A stretch of DNA of 20,000 nucleotides, from the NCBI GenBank assembly GCA_054600435.1, contig BAAIJX010000060.1, positions 106,790 to 126,789 of the forward strand. Direction: 5' to 3'. The position numbers and the translations under genes are program-made. The DNA comes from Neophaeotheca triangularis. Its lineage: Eukaryota. Positions 10,630 to 20,000 of this stretch are shown in pieces; position 1 is the stretch's first letter; every line of letters starts with the position of its first letter. The notes under the pieces were generated by a model. It ran no database searches and had not been told where the DNA came from. It saw only the letters and a program-made list of their open reading frames with translations.

Positions 10630-11438
10630 TTTTGACGGGTGGCGACCTGGGGGGGTTTTTCTTTTGGGGAGACGGATAGGTGGGAATGTGTGTGTGTCGC
10701 GCTCTCTGACTTGCTTCTGCGTTTACGGCTGATGTGCTGTATGGGAGTTACCAGTTGAGCTGGCGCAGGGAGTTGGGGCGCGGCGAGCGGCGGCTCGTTT
10801 CCCGACAGATGGGAGGAAACAGAGCCACTGAATTATTCAGATGCCCTCGGTGGGGTCAGTTGGGGTCTTTAGGAATCGTGCTATGGCGAGCGTGGTCTTT
10901 GCTATCCTCGCGAAGGATGGGGCGTCTAGATCAAGGCTCCGGTTGGTTTCACATGACGCTATGCAGAGAGCAAAAGACACATTAGCTCGCGAGCTGCGGA
11001 CTGCCGAGCCGACGCGCTGCTATTCCAAGTCCGGTCGGGATGCAATGGTGCACTTACTCAATTAGTAGGGGGGCTGTAGGCGCTGACAGTGGAAGTACCA
11101 GTGATATTGCTTCCACGAGTCGATAGTTGTCGTCAGGTGGCAACGATCCAAATGATATTTTCACGCTGCGTTTCACTCTTGTTTGTATGTAGATGGTTCT
11201 TTTACTTCTGATTTAGATGAGGCAGGTTGAGCTGGGCTCGGTGCCAAGTAGCAGACCGCTCACACTTCATTGACATTCACTGCAAACCTGTATGGCCGAC
11301 CGAGGGCACAGCGCGACGGAATGAGACCCGGATCACTGGGTGTGGATTGAGCATCCTGGTTCCATTGTCTCCCTCAACCCCTTTCGACTGCTGTCAGGGA
11401 GCGTTCTGAGACCTTTAGTCAGGGCCAGCATCGACCTA

Positions 11439-13412
11439 CTACGCTAGAAGATTGCCATCGCTGTCGAGCAAGTCATACACTGACGCTTTCCGAGCAGATC
11501 TTTGGCCAGCAGGCATGTAGGTGCCGTCCCGACGAGTAACACCGCCAGACTTCCTTTTCTCACGCGACTGTTTGCTGGCAAAGGAGACAGTACCAATCAT
11601 CGCATGAAAGTTGGCCGGCCTCCTGCAAGAATTCCCATCCTCAGCGCCGTCGCTAAGGACATAGTGATTGGCCGGAGGCTGCTGAAAGCCAGCTGCACCT
11701 GTGCGGTTCTGCTTGTTGAGAAGATGTGCTACGGGGCTAGTGTTACCGGTGACGAAGAGCGTTTCTCCTGCAGTTGCGGCGTTCGAGGAGGCGTGCCCAG
11801 TGGCTGTCTGCACGGGAGATGTTACCCCCCTAACGCGAGCGTTGTTGGTTGCAATGAGCTTGGATGGGAGTTCCTCGGTGTCCTCGCTGTGCCCGTCGTC
11901 GTCGTCGTTCCCGATGATGAACTGCCGCCAGAGTGTATCGTGGTCTGGACTTTCCCGCGGTCCCAATGGCTCATTTGTAGTCGGTAGAGAAGGCTGTTGA
12001 TTGGCGAGGGCAAAAATTTGCTTCAGAGACTCTGAAGAGGACGGCAATCTTTCTTCGCTGCTGGCAAGGTCATGGCCTGAGATCAGAAGCTCCCCCTGCG
12101 TGCCAGCCCCCCTGGGTGTCGAGACTGAAGGTATGTCTCTGCCATGTTGGTGCTCCGCATTGAAGTTGGGTAAGGGTCGATGACTGCTTTCTGAGGTCGT
12201 CTGATGCTGGCTGGATGACCTAAGTGCAGCAATTGATTCGCCGCTGGGTGCCAATGGTTTGATATGCATCAACATGCGCCAAGTCGCTTCGTCATCATGT
12301 TCAATATACGCGGCGTTATCTGGGTCACCCAATGTATGCTGTCGCGGAGAAGTTTCAACTCCGTGTTGCGGTGGGGGGTTTTCTTTCTCGCTGCAGGGCT
12401 GCTGGGATCCAATGCTGGAGTCATGGCTTGTGTAAAGATCCATTGACGAAAGCACTGCAGATGGAGAAGGTGGGTCATCACTGTGAGACGTCTGTTGTGA
12501 TTCGGAGGGTTTTGGCTCATAGTGAGACTGGCAGGGCTGTTGTGGATGTGTAAGTGCGAAGGGTCGGGTCATCTGACTTCCAGCGAAAGCTGTGACAGAG
12601 GCAGCTGCTGCGTTCGATTCTCTCGATGGACCGACCGGCAGCAAGGGTATTTCTTCGTCTGCATCAAGAAGCATGGATTCTTCCGAAATTGGGCTGAACT
12701 GTTTGGATTCTCGCGTGCTGGGCGACTGGGAACGCTGTGTCTGCGTAGCAAGAGCTTCCGTGCCTATCCTGATGTGGATTTGATTGTCTTGTGGCAGCAC
12801 ATCATTTCCGAGGTAGGGCGGGTGCATCAAGTGATGTCGAAATAACGGACTAAGCTCGCGCTTCTGTGCAGGCTGAGGTCGTTGAGAGGCTGCTTTGCTG
12901 ATCTTGCGGCGTTTCCCAATCCGGTCCTTGTCCTTGTGCGAGGGGAATTGCATCTGCAGCGGCCTCGATGCATCAAGATGTAGCCAGTCAGATTGAGCCA
13001 GCAAGCGCTTGCGGGTGGCAAGAAGCAGCGCCTCCTCGTCCAGGATCTTCTTGGGACGGAGCATGTGCCTTGGGCGATCCGCATGTCTGGATGAACTTGC
13101 TTCTGATGGCCTTGTTGACCTTCTGCGGTTGTCCGCACTTGTGGTGACGTGGCGGCCTTCACCATCGTGGCGCAATGCTTTGGTGGCATGAGACAAATGC
13201 TGATGGGAGACCTGGTGTTCGTTGTTGGGCTCTAGCATCGACTGGATACCAGCATAACCCCCTGGTAAGTACAAAGGCTGGAAGGATGCTTTGGATCTCG
13301 GGGTTGCCTGCAGTGCCGCTCGTGCCTTTGCGAAGTGCGCCTTTTGCTTCTGCGTTACCGTCTTGCTCTTTGTTGAGGCGAAGCGGTTTCTGGCACCTCC
13401 AGTCCAGTCCAT
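11439..13412 (-). CDS. 657-aa mostly disordered protein with an N-terminal HEIP1/REDIC1(C12orf40)-like motif
   Basis: Long uninterrupted ATG-to-TAG ORF. N-terminus MDWTGGARNR...QKQKAHFAKAR; second ordered island LLATRKRLLAQSDWLHL...PLQMQF...DKDRIGKRRK; the remainder is S/P/Q/E-rich. The CDS call is strong; the family call is tentative. Confidence 0.8.
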   Translation of the reverse strand: MDWTGGARNRFASTKSKTVTQKQKAHFAKARAALQATPRSKASFQPLYLPGGYAGIQSMLEPNNEHQVSHQHLSHATKALRHDGEGRHVTTSADNRRRSTRPSEASSSRHADRPRHMLRPKKILDEEALLLATRKRLLAQSDWLHLDASRPLQMQFPSHKDKDRIGKRRKISKAASQRPQPAQKRELSPLFRHHLMHPPYLGNDVLPQDNQIHIRIGTEALATQTQRSQSPSTRESKQFSPISEESMLLDADEEIPLLPVGPSRESNAAAASVTAFAGSQMTRPFALTHPQQPCQSHYEPKPSESQQTSHSDDPPSPSAVLSSMDLYTSHDSSIGSQQPCSEKENPPPQHGVETSPRQHTLGDPDNAAYIEHDDEATWRMLMHIKPLAPSGESIAALRSSSQHQTTSESSHRPLPNFNAEHQHGRDIPSVSTPRGAGTQGELLISGHDLASSEERLPSSSESLKQIFALANQQPSLPTTNEPLGPRESPDHDTLWRQFIIGNDDDDGHSEDTEELPSKLIATNNARVRGVTSPVQTATGHASSNAATAGETLFVTGNTSPVAHLLNKQNRTGAAGFQQPPANHYVLSDGAEDGNSCRRPANFHAMIGTVSFASKQSREKRKSGGVTRRDGTYMPAGQRSARKASVYDLLDSDGNLLA

Positions 13413-15460
13413 GTTGATTGATGCCAGGGGGCCTCAAAGGCGAATCAAAACGGGCATCTCCACGACATGAGGTGGGGAAAATGGAATGCGGTGTAGCCTC
13501 CATGTATTGCTCTCGCGTGACGTTGGAATAAAGTTGATGGCGCCCTCACGTGCTTGGATACAAAACGGCAAGAGCAACCCAAGTTGGGTTGGATGTACCA
13601 CTTCATGGCTACCTTACCTACCTTACTTAGGTACTGTAGGTAACGTTCGTGTTCCCTACTAGTCTGATACAGTACCTACATTTGAATGTCCACAACTTGA
13701 TACTGATACCCAACTCGGGGGCCGTTTGAAGGTGCCTGGTACTCACAGCGGCCTCCATCTCGGTACGACCAATGGTCACGGTCCGTTCATGCTCATCTCA
13801 CTTCCCTCAGTCGTGCGACCTCGTTACAAACATGACTGCGACAGTCTCCTCGTGTGTTGTCTCTTTCTGCCTACAAGGCCGGGAACTCGGTCGTGGCAAC
13901 TAAATGGTGAAGTCGACTCTTCCGAATCCGAGCGCTTCTCAGTTCTGAGCCTAGGTGAGGCTAGTGCACTCCTTCGCGAGATGGATAATAGTATAGTTCC
14001 AGGGACTAGTAACTTATTATGCAGACACCCTTCGTTTACCAAGCTGACACTGGACAGCTGTGCGGAATTGACTGATTGGGTAACCCTACTGCATGGCGTC
14101 TTGGGCCTTGGCCGCCTAACAAGTACTTCCCGCTACTGCAAAACAACGTCTAGTTCCAATAGAATCAGACAACACGTGAAAGGCTGAAAGCCTCCTACAG
14201 CCACGCAGCCAAACGAATGGTCCGCAGCGGCTCGACATGCACCCATCCAACAGGCGTAACTTACATGAAAGCCATCAAAGACGCAGTCGTTCCCGCCAGG
14301 CTTGAATGGTAGGGGCGCCCTTCGCCTCCCTCATTGTATAATAATGCATGCCGTGGTTATTGCATTCTTGCAACATAGCGAAGCATTGGAACGACCGCTC
14401 ACTGTAACCAATTACATCTAATTACATCTTAACGTGATCTCTCCTTCCTTCGAGCGTGAACGTCGAGAACACAGGTCGATCTAGAAGAAGTTCTAGGTTC
14501 CTGTCGATCACTTCCTAAGAGGATAGCACAGATATCGCCCAGCGACCATACCTCCACCTCGACAAACTTTCCACTGCGCGTCACGAGGTATCAAGGTATT
14601 CGTGTTGCCTACCAGTAGGTACTGTATTGCCCTCGGAGCTCGACCGTTTGACTGGCGAATAGCGCCACCCGAACCTGGGCAGCGTACAGCCGTGACGATG
14701 ATGCACAGCGCATCTCGGGCCAAGAATCCAACGAATTGTAGATGGGGCGAAAATTTCGTAAAAGATGTACAGCTACAGTACCTATACCTAGCCCTGTAGT
14801 AGTCGTGTACTCGCGCTCATATCCCGAGCCCTTAGACCGACATCCTTAGTAATCAAGGTACCTATCGTCGTATCCTCAGCTTTTGCCTCTTACGCCAGTC
14901 AGAGCCTCCCGTTCCTCCTAGGGGAGCGATAAGACCAATAAGCCACGCGCTAGCACCGTCTAAGTCTAATAACATCACTCGGTCGAAATCTTCGGCGCTG
15001 CGTTGGTGGGGCCAACCCTTAGTACTACTAGTAAGTATGCCCCTCGTCCGCAGCCGGATGGATGCTTTTGTATGGGTGTTGGAAGTCTGGTTTGATGAGA
15101 CGACATGGACCGTACTATTATTTAATTACTAACGCATCGCTCATGTGGCCGTCTCCGAGGTAGGTTTATATACCTGAGCGCCTCTTCTTTCCATTATTGT
15201 TACTGCGCCCTAGACCTTCTCCAGACTCTCTCCAGACACTATCCCACACGTTTCCACATTTTCTCCTTCCCTGGCGTAACTACACCTGGGCACCCGTAGG
15301 TTACAACTTACCACCGGCAAACGACCGAACCGTTGCTCTTGCCCCACCACAACAATCCAGTCCTGCTTGATCTCTGTCCCTTCTTGAGCGCCCTTCTGTC
15401 CCGCAACACATATCCATCCGCAGCATTCATCAATAAGCATCACCTCCCTCGTTTCTCAAC

Positions 15461-16921
15461 ATGGGTGAAACAGACGTTCTCCCGGCCCAGAGGCCTCGCA
15501 CCATCCGCCGCCTGAGTTCTCGCGATGCCACCCAAGATTCGCTCAGCCTCCGGTCTCCCACCGTGGTCGTGCCGCCACAGCACCTCATGGCTCCCAGTGA
15601 TGCCCATGAGGTCGCGGCAGCCATGGAAATGGCGAGGCACGAGGTCGAAGAGTTCTCCTCGCCTCTCTCTACGCCAGAGACGCCCCCTGCGAGTGGCGTC
15701 ACCGACAAATACGCATTCGCTTTCGACATCGATGGCGTGCTGATTCGCGGCGGTCAAGTCATCCCAGAGGCGATTGAGGCGATGAAGGTACTAAACGGGC
15801 AGAACTCCTACGGCATCAAGATGTGAGCCTCCGACATTAAACGATCCAGGCGGAAGCCTTTGCTGACGATTGACAGTCCCTACATCTTCGTGACCAACGG
15901 AGGTGGTAAGACCGAGCAAGAGCGCTGCATTCAGCTTTCCAACCAGCTTGACATCGAAGTCTCCCCCGGCCAATTCATCTGTGGACACACACCCATGCGC
16001 GAAATGGCAGAGAAATACAACACTGTGTTGGTCGTGGGTGGAGAAGGCGAAAAGTGCAGGAATGTCGCGGAAGGATATGGGTTCAAGGACGTAGTCACCC
16101 CAGGCGATATCATCAAGGACAACGCGGACACCACACCATTCCGAAAGCTCACCGAAGAAGAGCTCAAGAACTCGAGAGACAGGAATTTCGCCGAGACCAA
16201 CATCGAAGCGATCTTTGTCTTTGCTGATAGCAGAGATTGGGCTGGAGACCAGCAAATCATCCTCGATTTGCTCATGTCCAAGAACGGCCGTCTGGGTACC
16301 AGGTCTGAAACCTTCGATGAGGGACCACCAGTCTTCTTTTCCCACAACGATGTCGTCTGGTCGGCCTCTCACGACCTCACACGTCTTGGCATGGGTGCGT
16401 TGCGTCTCTCCCTCGAGGCCATGTACAAGGCCGTTACCGGTAAACAGCTCAACACTACCGCTTTCGGCAAGCCGCAGATCGGTACGTTCCAGTTCGCTAC
16501 TCGCCTACTCAAGCAATGGCGTCGTGACACTCACGGCATCGACGCACCACCGGAGACTGTCTATTTTGTCGGCGACACGCCAGAGTCTGACATTCGGGGC
16601 ACGAACGAGTTCAACCAAACGAGCGAGAACACATGGTACTCGATTCTCGTCCGAACCGGTGTCTACGAAACCGGCACGAAGCCCAAGTTCGAACCCAAAG
16701 TCACTGTCGACACAGTCTTGGACGCTGTCTTGCACGGAGTGGAGCGGGAGCAAAAGAAAGAGATCCGGAACGATCTCAATGCCGACATGGGCAAGCTTCA
16801 GCTCAATGGCTCTGCAATCGCAGACAAGAGCGTGGAGAACACACCTGCCGCCTCTCGCGCTCAATCTCGCGCTCAAAGTCCGAGTCGCCACACCAAAGGG
16901 GTCGAAACGAACGGCGCCTGA
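15461..16921 (+). CDS. HAD-superfamily subfamily IIA hydrolase, CECR5/HDHD5/YKR070W-like, about 468 aa; exons 15461-15822 and 15877-16921
   Basis: Motif I FAFDIDGVL, motif II FVTNGGG, motif III FGKP, motif IV VGDTPESDI, and SILVRTGVY. The two track ORFs join via the 15823-15876 intron to give GIKIPYIFVTN. Confidence 0.92.
15823..15876 (+). other. Spliceosomal intron of the HAD gene (54 nt)
   Basis: GTGAGC donor, GCTGAC branch at 15862-15867, CAG acceptor at 15874-15876. The intron contains the in-frame TGA that ends the first ORF. Confidence 0.92.
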
Positions 16922-18829
16922 TCCGCGAGCTAAAAAGCAATCACCGCCGTACCCGTCTTATCCCTCGCTACTTGCCTGTTGATCCGGGGAGCATGGAGTT
17001 TAGCACTGTAAGGCGCCTGGTGCAGATGCTTTTTGATATCCTGGCGCACTAGTCGCCTCCAAAGTAGACATACATTGTCGATACAAGAAAACCCACATCC
17101 CCATACATTGCGGTATACAAAACAACAACGCCATATTATGACTTCACGGAAGCGGTTGGCATGGGAGGAACGGCTTTCTTTTCTATAGATTCCCCAATAA
17201 ACGTTCTTGATACACATCTTAATCGCCACCACCTCTATTGACCATGCCAGCGCCTAGTGTCTGTGTGTTGCTAAAGGAACAATAACCCCACCCGTCCTCC
17301 ACGGCCACCCTGCACCGCCATCCATCCACCTGCACCCTTCCCCGACCTCGCCAATCGAACCCCCACTGCGAACGACCCTCGCTTCTCCTCGTTGTGAAAA
17401 CCGGGGCCCCTGCAACGTCCTCTCCACACAACCCCGTCCCGCTATCGTCTCTAGCGCGCTCCTCCGTCCGACTAGTCTCCGCGGTTACACGGTAACATGA
17501 TCGCGTGAGACAACAAAAATTTGCGTGAGGGAACTAGAACTGGCGTTTGGAGAACGTGCGGCCCGATGGGTTCGGTTGGTTTTGGGAGTGCTCTGGAGTC
17601 AGTGTTGCGGCGTGTTAGCAAGGATAAACGTTAGCGTGGCTGGTGTCCTGGACATCTAAATAAATCTCGTGCTTTGGAAGTCGTCTTTCGTCTGTCTGCT
17701 TGTTGGTCTTCGCGGGTTTCGTGCAAGACGTGGTGGAATAATCCCGAGGGGCTTATCTGAGGCCCAAGATGGGGTTTCGATGGCTCGATCTTATAAACTC
17801 AACGAGAGTTGCGAGAGCTTCTGCGGATCCCGAGCCCCTTGAATTAGATCTTCCGCCATGCCTCGATTCGACTTTTCTGCGTTTTCTGCGTCTGGGGTGC
17901 GTGGTCTGGGGTACACCACAATAATGTGAGCGCGTTGCCGTGCCCTGTCGGCTTGCCTGTTTCGTGCAGCCGGGTTTGGGCTTCGACGTTTCGACTTCGA
18001 TTGAGTCGACTCAGATTGCTGTCTACGTACTCTAGAAACGGGTCATGCAAGGTCTCACGTGCACGGAATTTGAGCGATGGTGGTTGTTCGAAGCAACTTG
18101 AGCACGACCCAATCCTAACCACCTAACCAATGAAATCATCACTCCCTGCGCGTCTGGGTTTAGGTCGGGGTAATCTACTCGAGGCGCTCTCAAGGCTGTC
18201 AGGTACAAACAAAACCCGGTGGAGAGGCACTTTCACGATCCCGGGAAGTACGTTCGAGTGCGAGTGTATCAGACCCTCTTCGGCGATATCCACACTGGTG
18301 CCAACTTCCCGTGGGCAAAGGGTGAGTGAGAATGGGGTCTACAGCATGTCTCTTGTCGTTTGTAGTGCCGCCATTCCTGGCGAGCAAGCTGACATCTTCC
18401 ACAGTCCGCCAAGTCACCTGGGCGTGCCATTTGACGAAGAAGGTGGATTAGAGCTGGTATCTGTGCTGTATACATCCAAGAGCCAGGATCTCTTGTACGA
18501 TCCGCAGGTGTTCGAGACGTGACATGCAGACCCTGAACTTCAAGTTCCGTGGCCTCTCCTGCCTTGCAAGCTCGTCTTTACTCGTGCCAATATTGTCCTG
18601 ATTCATTGCGGATGATAACGATGGCTTCCCAATTACAACGTGCCGTCGCAGCAGCCCGGCCAAACGATGCTTTGAAAATTTTCCCCTATGCTTAAGAGGA
18701 CGAAGACTGACGCCGTGGTCAGTTTGCCTATCACGAAAGATCCGAGGTTCTGCAAGATCATGACACGAGCGAGGAGTACCTGTTGCAACAGCAGTTGAGG
18801 AGAATGGAGGCAAGGTGAGCGAATTGTGA

Positions 18830-18869
18830 TTTTTTTTTTTTTTTTTGGTAAAAAGCAAAAAGAAAAAAC
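18830..18869. repeat. T17 homopolymer plus A-rich low-complexity tract marking the fungal/bacterial junction
   Basis: T run at 18830-18846, then GGTAAAAAGCAAAAAGAAAAAAC, then an immediate switch to GCCCCC-rich bacterial coding sequence. Confidence 0.85.
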
Positions 18870-19484
18870 GCCCCCGCCCCGCCGCCCCCGCCCCGCCCCC
18901 GCATTGGCGGAGAGGTCGAGCAGTGGCCCAGAACTCTTGCGGATTTCGCGCCATGGTGGATGGATGAGGTAACGCTGGACCCGACCGGCGCGTCGGGCCG
19001 TGTGCCGCCGCGCGGGATGGCCAATGCCGCGCTGATGGTGGTCGTACCCATGCCCGAGGACATGGACGCGGAAACCGGCCGGTTGCTCTCCGGACCTCAG
19101 GGCAAATTGCTCGGCGCGATGCTGCGCGTGATGGGGCTGGGCGAGGAAGATTGCTATTTTGCCGCCGCCCTGCCCCGCGCGATGCCCGCGCCCGATTGGG
19201 ACCATTTGCGCGCCGAAGGCATGGGAACGGTGCTGGCCCATCATATCGCGCTGGCCGCCCCGCGCCGCCTGCTGCTGCTTGGAGACCGCATTCTGCCGCT
19301 GCTCGGCCACGACCCATCGCAAAAGCCTGCACATTTTCCGCTAATTAACCAATGTAATGTAGGGGATCCGGGGCAAGACGCGGGTGGCGTCTCGGTTCTG
19401 GCGGCTCAGGATCTGGGCATGTTGCTGGAAAATCCCCGGCGCAAGGCCGGGTTCTGGCGCGCCTGGCTCAATTGGGCGGATTAA
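18870..19484 (+). CDS. Bacterial uracil-DNA-glycosylase-like (family-4 fold, degenerate) protein, 5'-truncated at the junction
   Basis: The frame is open upstream of the track ATG (18960): APAPPPPPRPRIGGEVEQWPRTLADFAPWWMDE... It continues LMVVVPMPEDMD...LLSGPQGKLLGAMLRVMGL...YFAAALPR...HHIALAAPRRLLLLG...LLENPRRKAGFWRAWL*, which parallels the family-4 UDG layout as recalled for Novosphingobium/Erythrobacter proteins. Confidence 0.78.
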   Translation, partial: APAPPPPPRPRIGGEVEQWPRTLADFAPWWMDEVTLDPTGASGRVPPRGMANAALMVVVPMPEDMDAETGRLLSGPQGKLLGAMLRVMGLGEEDCYFAAALPRAMPAPDWDHLRAEGMGTVLAHHIALAAPRRLLLLGDRILPLLGHDPSQKPAHFPLINQCNVGDPGQDAGGVSVLAAQDLGMLLENPRRKAGFWRAWLNWAD

Positions 19485-19549
19485 TTCGGACGGATTGGGG
19501 TTTGGTTTTGCGGCAATGGGATCGACTGACAGGGGGACGACTGTGCGCC

Positions 19550-20000
19550 TTGCGTGTTGAGTCCACGCGCGCTGTGCGCGGTCGCTCATTGCGCCTGCAT
19601 GCTGCCCTTTGCGCCCTTGCCGGATTTGCGGGCATGGCCGCTCCGCAACCCGCCGCCGCCAACAGCGCCGCTGCCGATTATTTCATGAGCCGCGTCGCGC
19701 GCTCGGCCGTGCCCAAGCTGCTGACGGAAGATGAGCGCGGCTGGTACAAGGATATTTTCGGCGCGATCAAGCGGCAGGATTGGACGCGCGTCCAATCCAT
19801 GTTTGCCGAGCGCCCCGATGGCCCGCTGCATGGTTCTGCCCGTGCGGAATATTATCTGGCCCCCGGTTCGCCGCGTATCGACCTGCCCACGCTGACCGAC
19901 TGGCTCAACGCCAATCCGACCCTGCCGCAGGCTGAGCAGATCGCCGCTCTGGCGGTAAAACGCGGCGGTACTGCGCTGCCCAGCCTGCCCATGCCGCAGG
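19550..20000 (+). CDS. Bacterial lytic transglycosylase (SLT-domain protein), N-terminal region; runs off the window, start codon uncertain (TTG 19550 or GTG 19574)
   Basis: Open frame missed by the ORF track because it has no stop in the window. Signal peptide ...RLHAALCALAGFAGMAAPQPAAA|NSAAADYF, then VPKLLTEDERGWYKDIFGAIKRQDW...DGPLHGSARAEYYLAPGSPRIDLPTLTDWL...LPQAEQIAALAVKRG, as recalled for sphingomonad lytic transglycosylases. The catalytic SLT domain is not inside the window. Confidence 0.78.
   Translation, partial: MRVESTRAVRGRSLRLHAALCALAGFAGMAAPQPAAANSAAADYFMSRVARSAVPKLLTEDERGWYKDIFGAIKRQDWTRVQSMFAERPDGPLHGSARAEYYLAPGSPRIDLPTLTDWLNANPTLPQAEQIAALAVKRGGTALPSLPMPQ

Larger units (their letters stand above)
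18870..20000 (+). other. Alphaproteobacterial (Sphingomonadales-like) DNA segment joined to fungal DNA
   Basis: Visibly higher GC with G/C-ending codons (GCG, CTG, CGC, CCG), no introns, two closely spaced co-oriented bacterial-type genes, and an AGGGGG Shine-Dalgarno-like site at 19531-19536. Confidence 0.9.

Noticed and set aside
14078..14090. TAACCCTA as a telomerase RNA template, with the 15031-15163 splice signals as a 3' end
   Set aside because: Only an 8-nt match inside a GGGTAACCC near-palindrome. I could not identify a pseudoknot or CR4/5 element. A covariance-model search would be needed.
13726..14187. 153-aa ORF in the divergent intergenic region
   Set aside because: TTG start, no motif and no codon bias like the neighbouring genes.
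18830..18846. Poly-T as the poly(A) tail of a minus-strand retroelement
   Set aside because: The sequence that would be the element body is bacterial coding DNA in the opposite orientation. No reverse transcriptase or target-site duplication is seen.
18448..19334. 294-aa and 233-aa minus-strand ORFs crossing the junction
   Set aside because: Antisense shadows of the GC-rich bacterial gene that read through the homopolymer (KKKKK). No evidence of a real fusion gene.

Overview
Bases 1 to about 18,850 are filamentous-ascomycete (Pezizomycotina-type) genomic DNA with short GT-AG introns and CTRAC branch sites. This part carries five genes: the 3' part of CDC14 (+); an EF-hand NADPH oxidase of NoxC/Nox3 type (-, one intron that the ORF track misreads); a secreted saponin-hydrolase-family protein (+, divergent from noxC); a largely disordered 657-aa protein whose N-terminal motif resembles the meiotic crossover factor HEIP1/REDIC1 (-); and a HAD-IIA CECR5/HDHD5-like hydrolase (+, one intron). 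At a T17 run plus A-rich junction (18830-18869) the sequence switches abruptly to intron-free, GC-rich alphaproteobacterial DNA that looks Sphingomonadales (Novosphingobium-like). That segment holds a 5'-truncated degenerate uracil-DNA-glycosylase-like gene followed by the start of a lytic transglycosylase gene. The junction is most simply a chimeric assembly or contamination, although a recent bacterium-to-fungus insertion cannot be excluded from the sequence alone. Family assignments come from motif recognition and recalled sequences, not from database searches.
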